This document shows, in pieces, positions 49,946 through 59,601 of a stretch of 64,000 nucleotides of DNA (position 1 is its first letter; the number at the start of each line of letters is the position of its first letter). Made by a program: the position numbers and the translations under genes. The notes below the pieces were generated by a model. The model saw only the letters and a list, made by a program, of their open reading frames with translations, ran no database searches and was not told where the DNA came from. Source of the stretch: an uncultured delta proteobacterium (GTDB lineage Bacteria; Desulfobacterota; Binatia; UBA9968); contig CAWFJP010000002.1 in the NCBI GenBank assembly GCA_963816145.1, positions 96,001-160,000 of the forward strand, written 5' to 3'.

Positions 49946-50550
49946 GTGAAGCAGTGGCGGTGCATGGAGGAGCGGAGGCTAACGAGACTCCTTTAACCCC
50001 GGAAAACTGGGGCAAACTCGGCATGTGGTTGTTTCTTGCCGGCGATGCCATGTCGTTCGGCTGTTTAATCGTCGGCTACGGTATTCTCCGTCATGCCAGC
50101 ACCAAGTGGCCGATTCCCGCCCAGGTACTGGGCATTAATTTAACCGCGTTCATGACCTTTTTACTGATCGTTAGCAGCGTCTGGATGGTTTTGGCGTTGG
50201 CGGCGATTCAAGAGGGCAACAAGGCCAAGTTCAACAAATTTCTCGGCTTGACGATTTTGGGCGGGGCGATGTTTCTTGGCTGCCAGGCGTACGAATGGAC
50301 CCATTTACTCCAGCACCGGTTGCCTGAATTGAATATCTTTTTCTCGACCGATCTGTTCGCCACGACGTTCTTCATTCTCACCGGATTTCACGGTCTGCAT
50401 GTCACCGGCGGCGTGATCTATAACACATGCGTCTTGGCGGCGGTCAACCGTGGGCGTTATCAAGCCAAGCATGTCGAGATCGCCGGTCTGTACTGGCATT
50501 TTGTCGATCTCGTGTGGATCTTGATTTTCACTTTCGTTTACTTGCTCTAG
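49942..50550 (+). CDS. ctaE: Cytochrome c oxidase subunit III-like, copy 2
   Basis: GKLGMWLFL, QAYEW, TGFHGLHV, GLYWHFVDLVWI. Confidence 0.92.
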   Translation: MSEAVAVHGGAEANETPLTPENWGKLGMWLFLAGDAMSFGCLIVGYGILRHASTKWPIPAQVLGINLTAFMTFLLIVSSVWMVLALAAIQEGNKAKFNKFLGLTILGGAMFLGCQAYEWTHLLQHRLPELNIFFSTDLFATTFFILTGFHGLHVTGGVIYNTCVLAAVNRGRYQAKHVEIAGLYWHFVDLVWILIFTFVYLL

Positions 50551-50572
50551 TTCCCATCTCGAGGAAACCGTT

Positions 50573-50851
50573 ATGACAAGCGAAGCCCATTCGACCTCCA
50601 ACTACATCAAAATATTCTGGATTCTCTTGGCGCTCACCGTCATCGAGGTCGCTATCGTCTATATGGGTTTGCCGAAAATGCTGCTAGCCTCACTGTTGGT
50701 GATCTTTGCAGTCTGGAAAGCTGCCTTGGTGGCGATGCATTTCATGCATTTGAAATTTGAGAAGAAGACCCTCACCATCGTCGCGCTCGCGCCGTTCGTG
50801 CTTTGCATTTTCCTGGTTCTCATGTTGATGCCGGATATTTTCCCCCATTGA
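50573..50851 (+). CDS. Cytochrome c oxidase subunit IV family protein
   Basis: LLALTVIEV, KAALVAMHFMHLKFE. Confidence 0.88.
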   Translation: MTSEAHSTSNYIKIFWILLALTVIEVAIVYMGLPKMLLASLLVIFAVWKAALVAMHFMHLKFEKKTLTIVALAPFVLCIFLVLMLMPDIFPH

Positions 50852-51264
50852 TTTCCATCGCGCAACTTCCGACTCTGAATGCGGCGCTGAACAGTCTCAG
50901 CGCCGTTTTTCTTTGTGCCGGCTATTTCTTCATTCGCAGCAAGAACCGCGATGCCCACCGGCGCTGTATGGTCGCGGCGCTCGCTTGTTCGACGCTATTT
51001 CTGATTTCCTATCTCGTCTACCATTTCCAAGTCGGTTCGGTGGGCTTCAAAGGTCAAGGCTGGATTAGGCCGGTCTACTTCACTATTCTCATCACCCACA
51101 CCCTGCTTGCGGCGGCTATCGTGCCGCTGGTGCTGGTAACCCTGATCCGCGCGCTACGCGAGCGATTCGACGCTCACCGGCGCATCGCCCGCTGGACTTT
51201 TCCAATCTGGTTGTACGTTTCGATTACCGGCGTGGTGATTTATCTAATGCTGTACGGCATCTGA
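50848..51264 (+). CDS. DUF420 membrane protein
   Basis: LPTLNAALN, HRRCM, FLISYL, HRRIARWTFPIWLYVSITG; TTG start overlaps upstream stop. Confidence 0.88.
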   Translation: MISIAQLPTLNAALNSLSAVFLCAGYFFIRSKNRDAHRRCMVAALACSTLFLISYLVYHFQVGSVGFKGQGWIRPVYFTILITHTLLAAAIVPLVLVTLIRALRERFDAHRRIARWTFPIWLYVSITGVVIYLMLYGI

Positions 51265-51321
51265 GAACCGTAAGCGCCCATAACACGGCTTCGGATCTGT
51301 AGGCGCGATACCTACTGAGCA

Positions 51322-51609
51322 TCAATGGCCGTCGGGTATCAGCGGCAGTTGGCTGGGGGGGAGCGGCTGTGCTGTCGGTGGAACCAAGAGGATTTGCTCG
51401 TCGTTTTCTAGTCGGAATTGCCGCCCAGTTTTTAGGCAGAACGCCTTGTGGCCCTGTAGCGATAGTGCTTGCGGCGGCATCGAACGGCCGACAAAGAACT
51501 CGGCGAGGCTTTGTTTGCGATCCGGCCCCTGAGTCAAGTGAATCTTGGTGTGGATCGTGTGCTCGCGTTTGCAGTCGTCGCAACGGAAGTAGATCTCGTA
51601 GGCCGGCAT
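51322..51609 (-). CDS. Small hypothetical protein with a possible Zn site
   Basis: FRCDDCKREH ... FCLKTG; purine-rich SD-like upstream. Confidence 0.55.
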   Translation of the reverse strand: MPAYEIYFRCDDCKREHTIHTKIHLTQGPDRKQSLAEFFVGRSMPPQALSLQGHKAFCLKTGRQFRLENDEQILLVPPTAQPLPPSQLPLIPDGH

Positions 51610-51860
51610 AGATCTCATCTACCACTACGCCGACGGTTTGCCAAGTTTGAAAGCGACTATTTTGGCGCACGATCCGCTTGTTTTCGGTCGCCCTTCGGGC
51701 GACATCTTGTGCGCATTGAGATTGTTGTCTCTTGGTCTGTCTCGGTTGCGTGATTTTGCCTAGGTTGTCCGGTTGCGACCGCGAAGATTGACAGTGCGAA
51801 ATGCTTCAAGCTAGATAGATTATTCGATTCATCAAAGCCGAAAGGTGGCGGACTCAAAAC

Positions 51861-52667
51861 ATGGCGATCAAGTCAATGGGAATCGTCGGATGTGGTGCGA
51901 TTGGCCAGGCGCTGGTGCGCGCGGTGGAAGCGGGCAAGCTCGCGGTGCGCATCGCCGGCGTCACCAGCCGGTCGGAGAGGCGCGCACGGGAATTTCTCGA
52001 GGCGTTTAACAATCCGCCGCCTTATCTGCCGTTGAACGAGCTGATCGACGACTCCGACCTACTTGTCGAAGCGGCGGGCGGCCATGTGGTCGCAGAGCTA
52101 GCGCGCAAGACTTTCGCCGCCGGGAAAGATCTCATGGTCATCAGTGTCGGCGCCTTGCTCGAACATCCCGAGATAATGGCGCAGTCGCGGCGCACCGGAT
52201 GTCATCTCTATGTTCCATCGGGCGCTATCGCTGGGCTTGACGGCATCAAATCCGCTTGTGTCGGCGCGATTACCCATGTAACGCACACGACGCGCAAACC
52301 GCCGTTGGGGCTTGAGGGCGCGCCGTATTTGGTCGAGCGCGGCATTTCGCTTGTCGGCTTGCAGGAAGAGACAGAGGTCTTCTTCGGCTCGGCGCGGCAG
52401 GCCTGCCGCGGCTTTCCCGCCAACGTCAACGTTACCGGCGCCGTAAGCTTGGCGGGCATCGGTCCCGACGAGACTCGCGTGCGTATCCTCGCCGTGCCCG
52501 GCTTGTCGCGAAACTGCCATGACATCGACGTCGAAGGCGAGTTCGGCAAGCTGCATGTGCATATCGAAAACATTCCAAGTGAAAATCCCAAGACCGGCAA
52601 GCTGACCGCCATGTCGATCGTGCGCGCGGTGCAGGATGTCATCGACCCGGTGCGGATTGGCAACTAG
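51861..52667 (+). CDS. nadX: L-aspartate dehydrogenase family protein
   Basis: GCGAIG, VEAAG, SVGAL, SGAIAGLD, RKPP, FPANVNV, NPKT. Confidence 0.9.
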   Translation: MAIKSMGIVGCGAIGQALVRAVEAGKLAVRIAGVTSRSERRAREFLEAFNNPPPYLPLNELIDDSDLLVEAAGGHVVAELARKTFAAGKDLMVISVGALLEHPEIMAQSRRTGCHLYVPSGAIAGLDGIKSACVGAITHVTHTTRKPPLGLEGAPYLVERGISLVGLQEETEVFFGSARQACRGFPANVNVTGAVSLAGIGPDETRVRILAVPGLSRNCHDIDVEGEFGKLHVHIENIPSENPKTGKLTAMSIVRAVQDVIDPVRIGN

Positions 52668-52703
52668 CCGATGGTCGTTCACGTCGCCATCCGCAATGAA
52701 GAT

Positions 52704-52823
52704 TTCACCACGAAGGTCTCGAAGGACGTGACCGATTCGTCATGCCCAGATGCGTATCGCTTGCTAACGAACGAAGAATCTCGCGAGACTTCGACTGACT
52801 GCTCTTCGTGTCCTTCGTGGTGA
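52704..52823. repeat. Palindromic element (CACGAAG family) with an approximately 70-nt loop
   Basis: TTCACCACGAAGGTCTCGAAGGAC ... GCTCTTCGTGTCCTTCGTGGTGA; matches 8452..8533. Confidence 0.75.
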
Positions 52824-52839
52824 GTGAGACGGTCAGTTC

Positions 52840-54440
52840 ATGAACAACAGCGATCTCATCGTCCGCACACTTGAACAGGCCGGGGTGCGTTGGGTGTTCG
52901 GTGTTCCGAGCGGGCCGGTATTGCCATTGATCGAAGCGCTGCGCCAGCAGTCCGCGTGGCTTTCGTGCTCACGGCGAGCGAGACTTCGGCGGCGTTTATG
53001 GCTTCGGCGGTCGGTTATTTGACCGGCGTTCCCGGTGTCTGTGTTTCCACGGTGGGACCCGGCGCGACCAATCTAACCACCGGTGTTGGCTGCGCTTGGT
53101 TGGACCGCGCGCCGATCTTGGCGATCACTTGCAACGTCGCAACCCCTTGGCTCAAACGGCGCATTCAGATGCGTATCGATCATCACAAGCTGTTCGAGCC
53201 GCTGACCAAGGCTTCGTTTGCTTGCCGTCATGGAAACGTCGGCGCGATGTTCGCCGAGGCGATTGTCATCGCGACCCATGAACCGCCGGGGCCGGTGCAT
53301 CTCGATCTTCCCGAGGATGTCGCCCAGGCGGCGGCGCAAGAATCTCGGAGCTCGCAAACGGCACCAGCGGCGCTTGCAGATTTGTCGAGGGAAGCCGTCG
53401 CAGCCATTGCCGAGGCTTTGAAAGATGCCAAGCGCCCGTTGTTGATTACCGGATTGTCGTTTACCCGCAGCGCGGCGAGTCAGTCTCTGCGCCAATTCGT
53501 CGAGCGGCAACGGATTCCCTTCGTCACGACTTTGCATGGCAAAGGTTTCTTACCGGAGAGCCATCCAAACTATGCCGGCGCAATCGGCCGGGCGCGGCGC
53601 AGCGATGTGAAAAAATTCACCGACCAAGCCGACCTCATCCTTGCCGTCGGATACGATCCCATCGAGATCAACTACGAAGAGTGGGTGAAGCCGGGGACGC
53701 CGATCGTCCACGTCAGCAGTGAAGCGGCCGAGCAAGGCAGCGGCTTGAATCTGCTTTGGAACAAGGCATGCGACTTGGACGCGGCGATTGGCGCGATGAG
53801 CGCGATCGATGCGGCAAGCAATCGCTGGTCATCGCAGGATTTCCGCGACCATCGCGACGCGCTGGACCAAGCGCTCCGCCCAGCCAGCGCTGGCTTTGCC
53901 CCGTTCCAAGCTTTGGATGTTCTGCGCGGAAAGTTTCCCGCTGACGGTATCCTCGCTTACGATGTCGGCGCCCATACCCATCAGATCGCCTCGCAGTGGC
54001 GCACCGATCAGCCGCGCACTCTGCTTGCCACCAACGGATGGTCGTCGATGGGCTACGGCATGCCGGCGGCGTTTGCGGCGAAAATAGTTTATCCCGATCG
54101 TGCAGTGGCCTGCGTGGTCGGCGACGGCGGATTTCAGATGACTGTTGGAGAGCTGGCATTGGCACGCCGCTTGAACTTGGCCGTGCCGGTGATTGTCCTC
54201 AATGACGGCTGGCTAGGCTTGATGAAGGTCAAACAGGAAAAGCGCAGCTATCCGCTTTCGGGTGTGTATCTCGGCGCGCCGCCGCAATCGCCGGCGCATT
54301 ATTTCGGCGTGCCCTGCCGCGCCGCGAAATCTCCCGGTGAATTCCGCCAAGCTCTCGATTGGGCGTTTGCCCTCGGCGGGCCGAGCGTCATCGAAGCGTT
54401 CGTCGACGCTGAGACCTATTCCGCCACCGTTTTCGATTGA
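52840..54440 (+). CDS. Thiamine pyrophosphate-binding enzyme (IlvB-like), frameshifted near 52950
   Basis: GVRWVFGVP in first frame, then SETSAAFMA, GPGATN, GPVHLDLP, SMGYGMP, GDGGF...ND. Confidence 0.85.
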
Positions 54441-54449
54441 ACCCACTTC

Positions 54450-55670
54450 ATGTCTGACACCGCTCCCGCGCGCGATAGTTTTCGCTGGGCCATCCTCGCG
54501 CTGGTGAGCGTTTCCCATGTGATCGGCGCATCGGCGCAATATGGCATCAATACCTTGGCGCCGTTTTACCAAGACGAGCTCGGGCTTTCGCGCGCGCAAG
54601 TGGGGCTGTTCTTCTCGGCCTTTTACTTGGCGATGACCGGCGCGTCGTTCGTCGCCGGCTGGCTGGCCGACCGTCTGGGCGTGCGCAATACGACTCTGCA
54701 AGGTCATCTGATCGTCGGCGTCTGTACTGTCGCTGCATCCTTCGCGCCGTCCTTCGCCTGGGCATTCGCCTGGTTTTTTCTCTGTGGCTTGGGCTACGCC
54801 TATCTCAATCCGGCATCGACCAAAGGCGTGATGGCGTGGTTTTACCGCGACGAGCGAGCGACGGCGATGGGTATCAAGCAGACCGGGGTTCCCACCGGTG
54901 GGTTCGTCACCGCGTTAGTCGCGCCGCCGTTGGTTTTGGTCGTCGGCTGGCGCGGCGCCTTCGTCGCATTGGGCGTAATAAACTTTTTCTTCGGCTTTGT
55001 TTTTTCGTTTCTCTGGCGGGAACCCTTCAATGGTGCGGAACCTGGCGTGGTGAAGCAACAGGCACAAACCCCGGTTCACACGCCGCTCAACGTCGGAGGT
55101 TTTTTACCGGCAAGCTTCGGCACGGCGATTTTTCTGATCGGGCAGATGGCGCTGATTACCTACGTGCCGCTATATCTCAAAGAGTCGATGGGATTCTCAC
55201 CCTATTGGGCGAGCCAAGCGCTGGCGATTGCCCAAGGCGGCGCGATGGTTGGCCGGGTGGGTTGGGGTGTGGCCAGCGACCGGATCTTCGGCGGCCGGCG
55301 CAAGATCGTGCTGATCATCATCGGCCTGTTGAGCATCGTGCTGATGACCGGATTGAGCCTCATGACCAGGCAGTCATCGATCCCTTTACTGTTGGCGATC
55401 GTTTTTCTATCCGGACTGTGCATCGTCGGCTATCAAGGGGTTTCCTACGCCCTGATCGGCGAGCTCGCCGGCACAACTCGAACCGGCGTGGCGATGGGGC
55501 TGATGATTACCATCAATGCCGGCGCGGCCACGCTCGGCACGCCGCTGTTCGGCTACATCGTCGATCGCACGGGTTCCTACGCGCTCGCTTGGCAGTGCCT
55601 TGCAGGCGCTATCGCGCTCGGCTGCGTCGGGATGGCGATCTTTCTCAAAGAGACTGTGCGCACCCGTTAG
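54450..55670 (+). CDS. MFS transporter
   Basis: About 12 TM helices, GWLADRLG, WFYRDERATAMG, SDR. Confidence 0.9.
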   Translation: MSDTAPARDSFRWAILALVSVSHVIGASAQYGINTLAPFYQDELGLSRAQVGLFFSAFYLAMTGASFVAGWLADRLGVRNTTLQGHLIVGVCTVAASFAPSFAWAFAWFFLCGLGYAYLNPASTKGVMAWFYRDERATAMGIKQTGVPTGGFVTALVAPPLVLVVGWRGAFVALGVINFFFGFVFSFLWREPFNGAEPGVVKQQAQTPVHTPLNVGGFLPASFGTAIFLIGQMALITYVPLYLKESMGFSPYWASQALAIAQGGAMVGRVGWGVASDRIFGGRRKIVLIIIGLLSIVLMTGLSLMTRQSSIPLLLAIVFLSGLCIVGYQGVSYALIGELAGTTRTGVAMGLMITINAGAATLGTPLFGYIVDRTGSYALAWQCLAGAIALGCVGMAIFLKETVRTR

Positions 55671-55710
55671 CGTAGCGCATGCTTATCAAGCGAAGCGGCT
55701 TGCCGTGATG

Positions 55711-56532
55711 TTAGTTTGTCAGTCCGAGGCTCGCCGGCAGTGTCGTGAGATCGGCCCGCACATGCTTGATACCGGGGACCCCTTCGATGTGGGTGACCAC
55801 CTGGCGCGCGGTAACCCATTCCGGCACTGTTCCGCAGACGAAAACATCGCCGTCGTTGGCATCGATCTCAACGCGCACTTGAGACAAGTCTTCGGCGAGC
55901 GCCAAGGTGGCGCGTACACGGGACGCCAAGGCAAAATTTTCAAAGGCCCGCTTGGAGGCCGGGGTCATTTGATAGTCCGGCGCGTGGGCGGCATCGACGA
56001 TCAATTGTTTCGCTGTCGTTAAACTCATGTGGCCGAGATTGACGACGAGGTCGTAGCGGCTCGCATCGCGCCAATCGGTGCCGAACATACCTTGCAGCCG
56101 GCGTGTGCGCGCCTTGTCGACCTCCTCGACGTAACGGCGCGCGGCGAGTTCATTGAGCTTGTGGCGTGCGCGCACTTGCTCGACGCGCATTTCCATGGGC
56201 GCGGTGAGCAGGACTTTGAGAACATGTTGAAATTTCGGAACTAGCTCGTGGCCCAGATGGCCGTGGTAGACGACGCCTAGATCGCGGGCGAGCTCGCAGA
56301 AGGCCGCTTGTAAAGCGATGCGATAGGGGTCGAGATTGTGCGTGAAGCTCGCCCACCAGCTCGGTTCCCGCTCGACGATGTCATTGAGTTTGGTTTCGGG
56401 GATGCCGTATTGCAGACTCGCCTGGACAAGCACTTCGCGGTCGACGCAGCCATAGCCCAACGCTTGGGCTACGCTATCGGCCAACTCTTCACCGCTGCCG
56501 GATGCACCCTGGTAGATGGTGATGATTTGCAT
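55711..56532 (-). CDS. Cytidylate kinase-like family protein with C-terminal BON domain
   Basis: IITIYQGASGSG, VDREVL, VVYHGHLG, EVDKAR, YDLVVN; C-terminal beta/VPGIKHV BON-like region. Confidence 0.8.
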   Translation of the reverse strand: MQIITIYQGASGSGEELADSVAQALGYGCVDREVLVQASLQYGIPETKLNDIVEREPSWWASFTHNLDPYRIALQAAFCELARDLGVVYHGHLGHELVPKFQHVLKVLLTAPMEMRVEQVRARHKLNELAARRYVEEVDKARTRRLQGMFGTDWRDASRYDLVVNLGHMSLTTAKQLIVDAAHAPDYQMTPASKRAFENFALASRVRATLALAEDLSQVRVEIDANDGDVFVCGTVPEWVTARQVVTHIEGVPGIKHVRADLTTLPASLGLTN

Positions 56533-56621
56533 GGTTTCCTCCTCCGCGGTACCGCTTAGGGTCAATCCCGGGCGACACGGCGAACATCGGACTCGATGCG
56601 TTAACGGTCCCCGACGTTAAC

Positions 56622-57110
56622 TCAGTGGACGAGAACTCGTGGCAGCACCAGGCCTTCGCGAAACGCCTCGGCCGCTTCGTCCTCGAACAACGGTCCGACA
56701 ACTTCTACAGAGTGAGTGCCTCTGGCGAGGACATCGGCGCAATGTTCGAAAAGCTGCTCCGAACGATGACCGATCAGCTGCCTGAGCCGGTCATTGCTGA
56801 GACCGAATACCACGCGGCCCACGCCGCTCCAAAAAATCGCCCCAGCGCACATCGGGCAGGGCTCGGCACTAACATAAAGCGTGCAATAGGCCAGCAGGTG
56901 GCGGGGAAACTGCTGCGATGCTTGGGCGAGCAGCCGGGTTTCGGCGTGGCCGGTGCAGTCGTGGGTGACGTTCTCGATATTTTCCGCTTCGATCAAGATT
57001 CGGCCGCGATTGCTGACCAGGACAGCACCGAACGGACGGTCGCCGTGGTCGCGCGAACGTTCGGCGACCATCAAGGCATAGCGTAAATAACGATGATCCG
57101 CTTCGATCAT
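56622..57110 (-). CDS. Nucleoside/nucleobase deaminase (TadA/guanine deaminase-like)
   Basis: PFGAVLV, HAE, EPCPMC. Confidence 0.9.
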   Translation of the reverse strand: MIEADHRYLRYALMVAERSRDHGDRPFGAVLVSNRGRILIEAENIENVTHDCTGHAETRLLAQASQQFPRHLLAYCTLYVSAEPCPMCAGAIFWSGVGRVVFGLSNDRLRQLIGHRSEQLFEHCADVLARGTHSVEVVGPLFEDEAAEAFREGLVLPRVLVH

Positions 57111-57186
57111 AATCTTCTCCCCGGCCGATCTGTATGAAACTTCGGTAGTCCGTTATCGGACTGAAATCATTCCGACGTCAAGAATG

Positions 57187-57221
57187 GCGAGGGCGCCCCT
57201 TGGTGAATAGGGCGCCCTCGC
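57187..57221. terminator. GC-rich hairpin, possible terminator
   Basis: GCGAGGGCGCCC / GGGCGCCCTCGC 12-bp stem; only a weak U-tract. Confidence 0.5.
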
Positions 57222-57443
57222 GGCGCATATGCGCTCTTGACTGCTATGTTCAATTTACCATCGGAGCCGCGATCAGCGGTCTGATAGGTTTCGATCCGAA
57301 TTGCGCTCACGTGAGTAATCTCCGCGTGTCATACTACCTGCGACCTTCCTTAATATGTCGCCAAGGCGACGCTTTGCCTACAGGCAATTTAGTTGAGGTC
57401 CGGTTAGTTAACGCCGCTGCGTGAGGCGGGATATGGTTCCGGG

Positions 57444-57500
57444 TCAAAAACCGCCCGCCGACAGCGGGCAGGAGTGGTTCGGTGGATTTCCGTCTTGCAT
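57444..57500 (-). CDS. Candidate 18-aa micro-ORF
   Basis: SD AAAGGAGGT 7 nt before ATG; MQDGNPPNHSCPLSAGGF; upstream TTGACA at 57619-57614. Confidence 0.35.
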   Translation of the reverse strand: MQDGNPPNHSCPLSAGGF

Positions 57501-57621
57501 AGCAAAGACCTCCTTTCACACCTTGGGGCTTAACTGTTTTCCGCGATCCACTCGCCCCTACGCCTGGCAGCGTTCAGTGAATCTGCTTCCGCTCTACGTC
57601 TGCGCAATATGAATGTCAAGA

Positions 57622-57651
57622 GCAAAAAATATTCGTGCAAAAAATATTCGT
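57622..57651. repeat. Perfect 15-bp tandem direct repeat in a divergent promoter region
   Basis: GCAAAAAATATTCGT x2. Confidence 0.8.
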
Positions 57652-57746
57652 CGTCCAACGATTCGCTTTATCGTTTGTGACGAGCCCACGACCAACCAGG
57701 TTGACTTCACGGCGCGGCGGAGCTTTACTTTTTGTCAGCCAATCTT

Positions 57747-58358
57747 ATGCCTCGCGAAGCGGAGGTGAATCTGCAGCGCAACGGGTTTTTCTGGGGGGTG
57801 GCCTTGCTGTTGTTCGTGACTGCTCCAGTGATGAGCGCGGAGCCAGAGCGGTCGAGGCCGCCGATACCCGAAGAGTTGTCCGAGTCTTGGGAGCGCTTTC
57901 AACGCGCGCTGCACGAGTGGGGCGGGCGCATGTGGGAGCGCTTGGGACCGCGCGGGGCCCGCGAAGATCGCCCAGTGATCAGTCAAATGCTCAACAACAA
58001 AGAGGCGTTGGGGCTTTCCTCGGATCAAGTGCGCCGGCTGGAACAGTTGCGCGATAATTTTCAGCGCCAGACGATCCGTAACGAAGCGGACTTACGCATC
58101 GTGGAGCTCGATATCGCAGCCCTGCTGGATAGCGAGCCAGTGGACATGACCAAGCTCGAAACGAAAATGCGCGAGGAAGAAAAGCTCCGCACCGATCTGC
58201 GGATCGCGCGCATTCGCGCCATTGAGCAAGGTAAGGCGCTGCTCAACGCCGATCAAAAGAAAAAGTTGACCGAGCTGATGCGCCAATCGCTAACGCTGCA
58301 ATATCCCAAGGCAAGTCAAAACCCTTTCGCTACGGAACGAGGACAACCTTCCCGGTAG
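57747..58358 (+). CDS. Spy/CpxP/ZraP-like periplasmic helical protein
   Basis: Signal peptide, LGLSSDQ and [10 protein letters not shown] (LTXXQ-like motifs). Confidence 0.75.
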   Translation: MPREAEVNLQRNGFFWGVALLLFVTAPVMSAEPERSRPPIPEELSESWERFQRALHEWGGRMWERLGPRGAREDRPVISQMLNNKEALGLSSDQVRRLEQLRDNFQRQTIRNEADLRIVELDIAALLDSEPVDMTKLETKMREEEKLRTDLRIARIRAIEQGKALLNADQKKKLTELMRQSLTLQYPKASQNPFATERGQPSR

Positions 58359-59298
58359 TCTTTCTGCCCTCCAACAACCGATGCGCCTGGGCGGCGTCGT
58401 GCAGCGCGAGAGTACTTTCGATGCGCAGCTTAAGTTTGCCGTTCGCCTTCCAATTGAACAAATCGTTGGCGCGCTGCGTTAATTCATGTCGATCGAGCAG
58501 GTAGTGCGCCAGGGTTGGGCGGGTGAGAAAGAGCGACCCCTTCGCGGCCAATTTGCCTGGATCGAGCGGCGCCACCGGACCGCTCGACTGGCCGAAGAGC
58601 ACAAGGTAGCCGCGCGGGCGCAGACAATCTAGACTCTTGTCGAACGTGGTCGCGCCCACCGAGTCGTAAACCACATGAACGCCCTTGCCATCGGTGAGTT
58701 TCTTCACCTCAACGAGAAAGTCGCTCTGTGTGTACACAATTACTTCGTCCGCGCCGGCTTGTTGCGCAAGCTGCGCTTTTGCTTCGGTGCCGACCGTGCC
58801 GATGACGCGCGCGCCGCGCATCTTGGCGATTTGAATCAGCAACAGCCCAACGCCGCCTGCTGCGGCGTGAACTAGCGCGATGTCGGGCTTTTTCAATTCG
58901 TAGGTGCTGTGCGTTAGATAGTGTGCTGTCATGCCTTGCAGCATCAGCGCGACTGCCGACTTTGCGTCGATATTCGCCGGCAGAAGCGCTAGCTTCGTCG
59001 CCGGTACGATGGCGTACTCAGCATAGGAGCCAAGAATCATCGCGTAAGCGACACGGTCGCCCACTTTCACTTCAGTGACACCCTCGCCGACAGCATCGAC
59101 GATGCCGGCGCCTTCCATGCCTAACGTGAACGGCGTCTGCAGCGGATAGAATCCAGTGCGCTGATAGATGTCGATGAAGTTGAGACCGATCGCCTCGATC
59201 CTAACCCGTGTTTCGCCGGTCTTGGGTTCGGCGATAGTGACGTCTTCGTAAGATAAAACTTCTGGACCGCCGTATTGGTGAATGCGGATTGCTTTCAT
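58330..59298 (-). CDS. qor: NADPH:quinone oxidoreductase
   Basis: [44 protein letters not shown]. Confidence 0.92.
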   Translation of the reverse strand: MKAIRIHQYGGPEVLSYEDVTIAEPKTGETRVRIEAIGLNFIDIYQRTGFYPLQTPFTLGMEGAGIVDAVGEGVTEVKVGDRVAYAMILGSYAEYAIVPATKLALLPANIDAKSAVALMLQGMTAHYLTHSTYELKKPDIALVHAAAGGVGLLLIQIAKMRGARVIGTVGTEAKAQLAQQAGADEVIVYTQSDFLVEVKKLTDGKGVHVVYDSVGATTFDKSLDCLRPRGYLVLFGQSSGPVAPLDPGKLAAKGSLFLTRPTLAHYLLDRHELTQRANDLFNWKANGKLKLRIESTLALHDAAQAHRLLEGRKTTGKVVLVP

Positions 59299-59457
59299 GA
59301 TTGAATCTCCCCTCAGCATCGATTGTTTACGGCCTATCCGGTTGAAAACAGAAATTCAATGAACCTGCCTCGAGCTCGGCCGGCGCGGTGAAGTTTCTCT
59401 GGCAGACGAGACCACGAACGTGACGGTCCGCGCAGACGTGTTTAGGCAAAGTTTTCC

Positions 59458-59601
59458 ATGCAAGTGATCAAAAGCGGCTTGGATATGCTTTCGCTGCAAT
59501 ACCCGCAGCCCAAGCAAACCGATCCGAACTTGATTTTCGATTCATCGCTGTTCAGACGTATCGACCAAAGCGGTTTCAACGATGCGCTTTTAAAGAAGTA
59601 A
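59458..59601 (+). pseudogene. C-terminal remnant of a NitT/TauT substrate-binding protein
   Basis: MQVIKSGLDMLSLQYPQPKQTDPNLIFDSSLFRRIDQSGFNDALLKK resembles the C-termini of 40455 and 41525. Confidence 0.6.
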
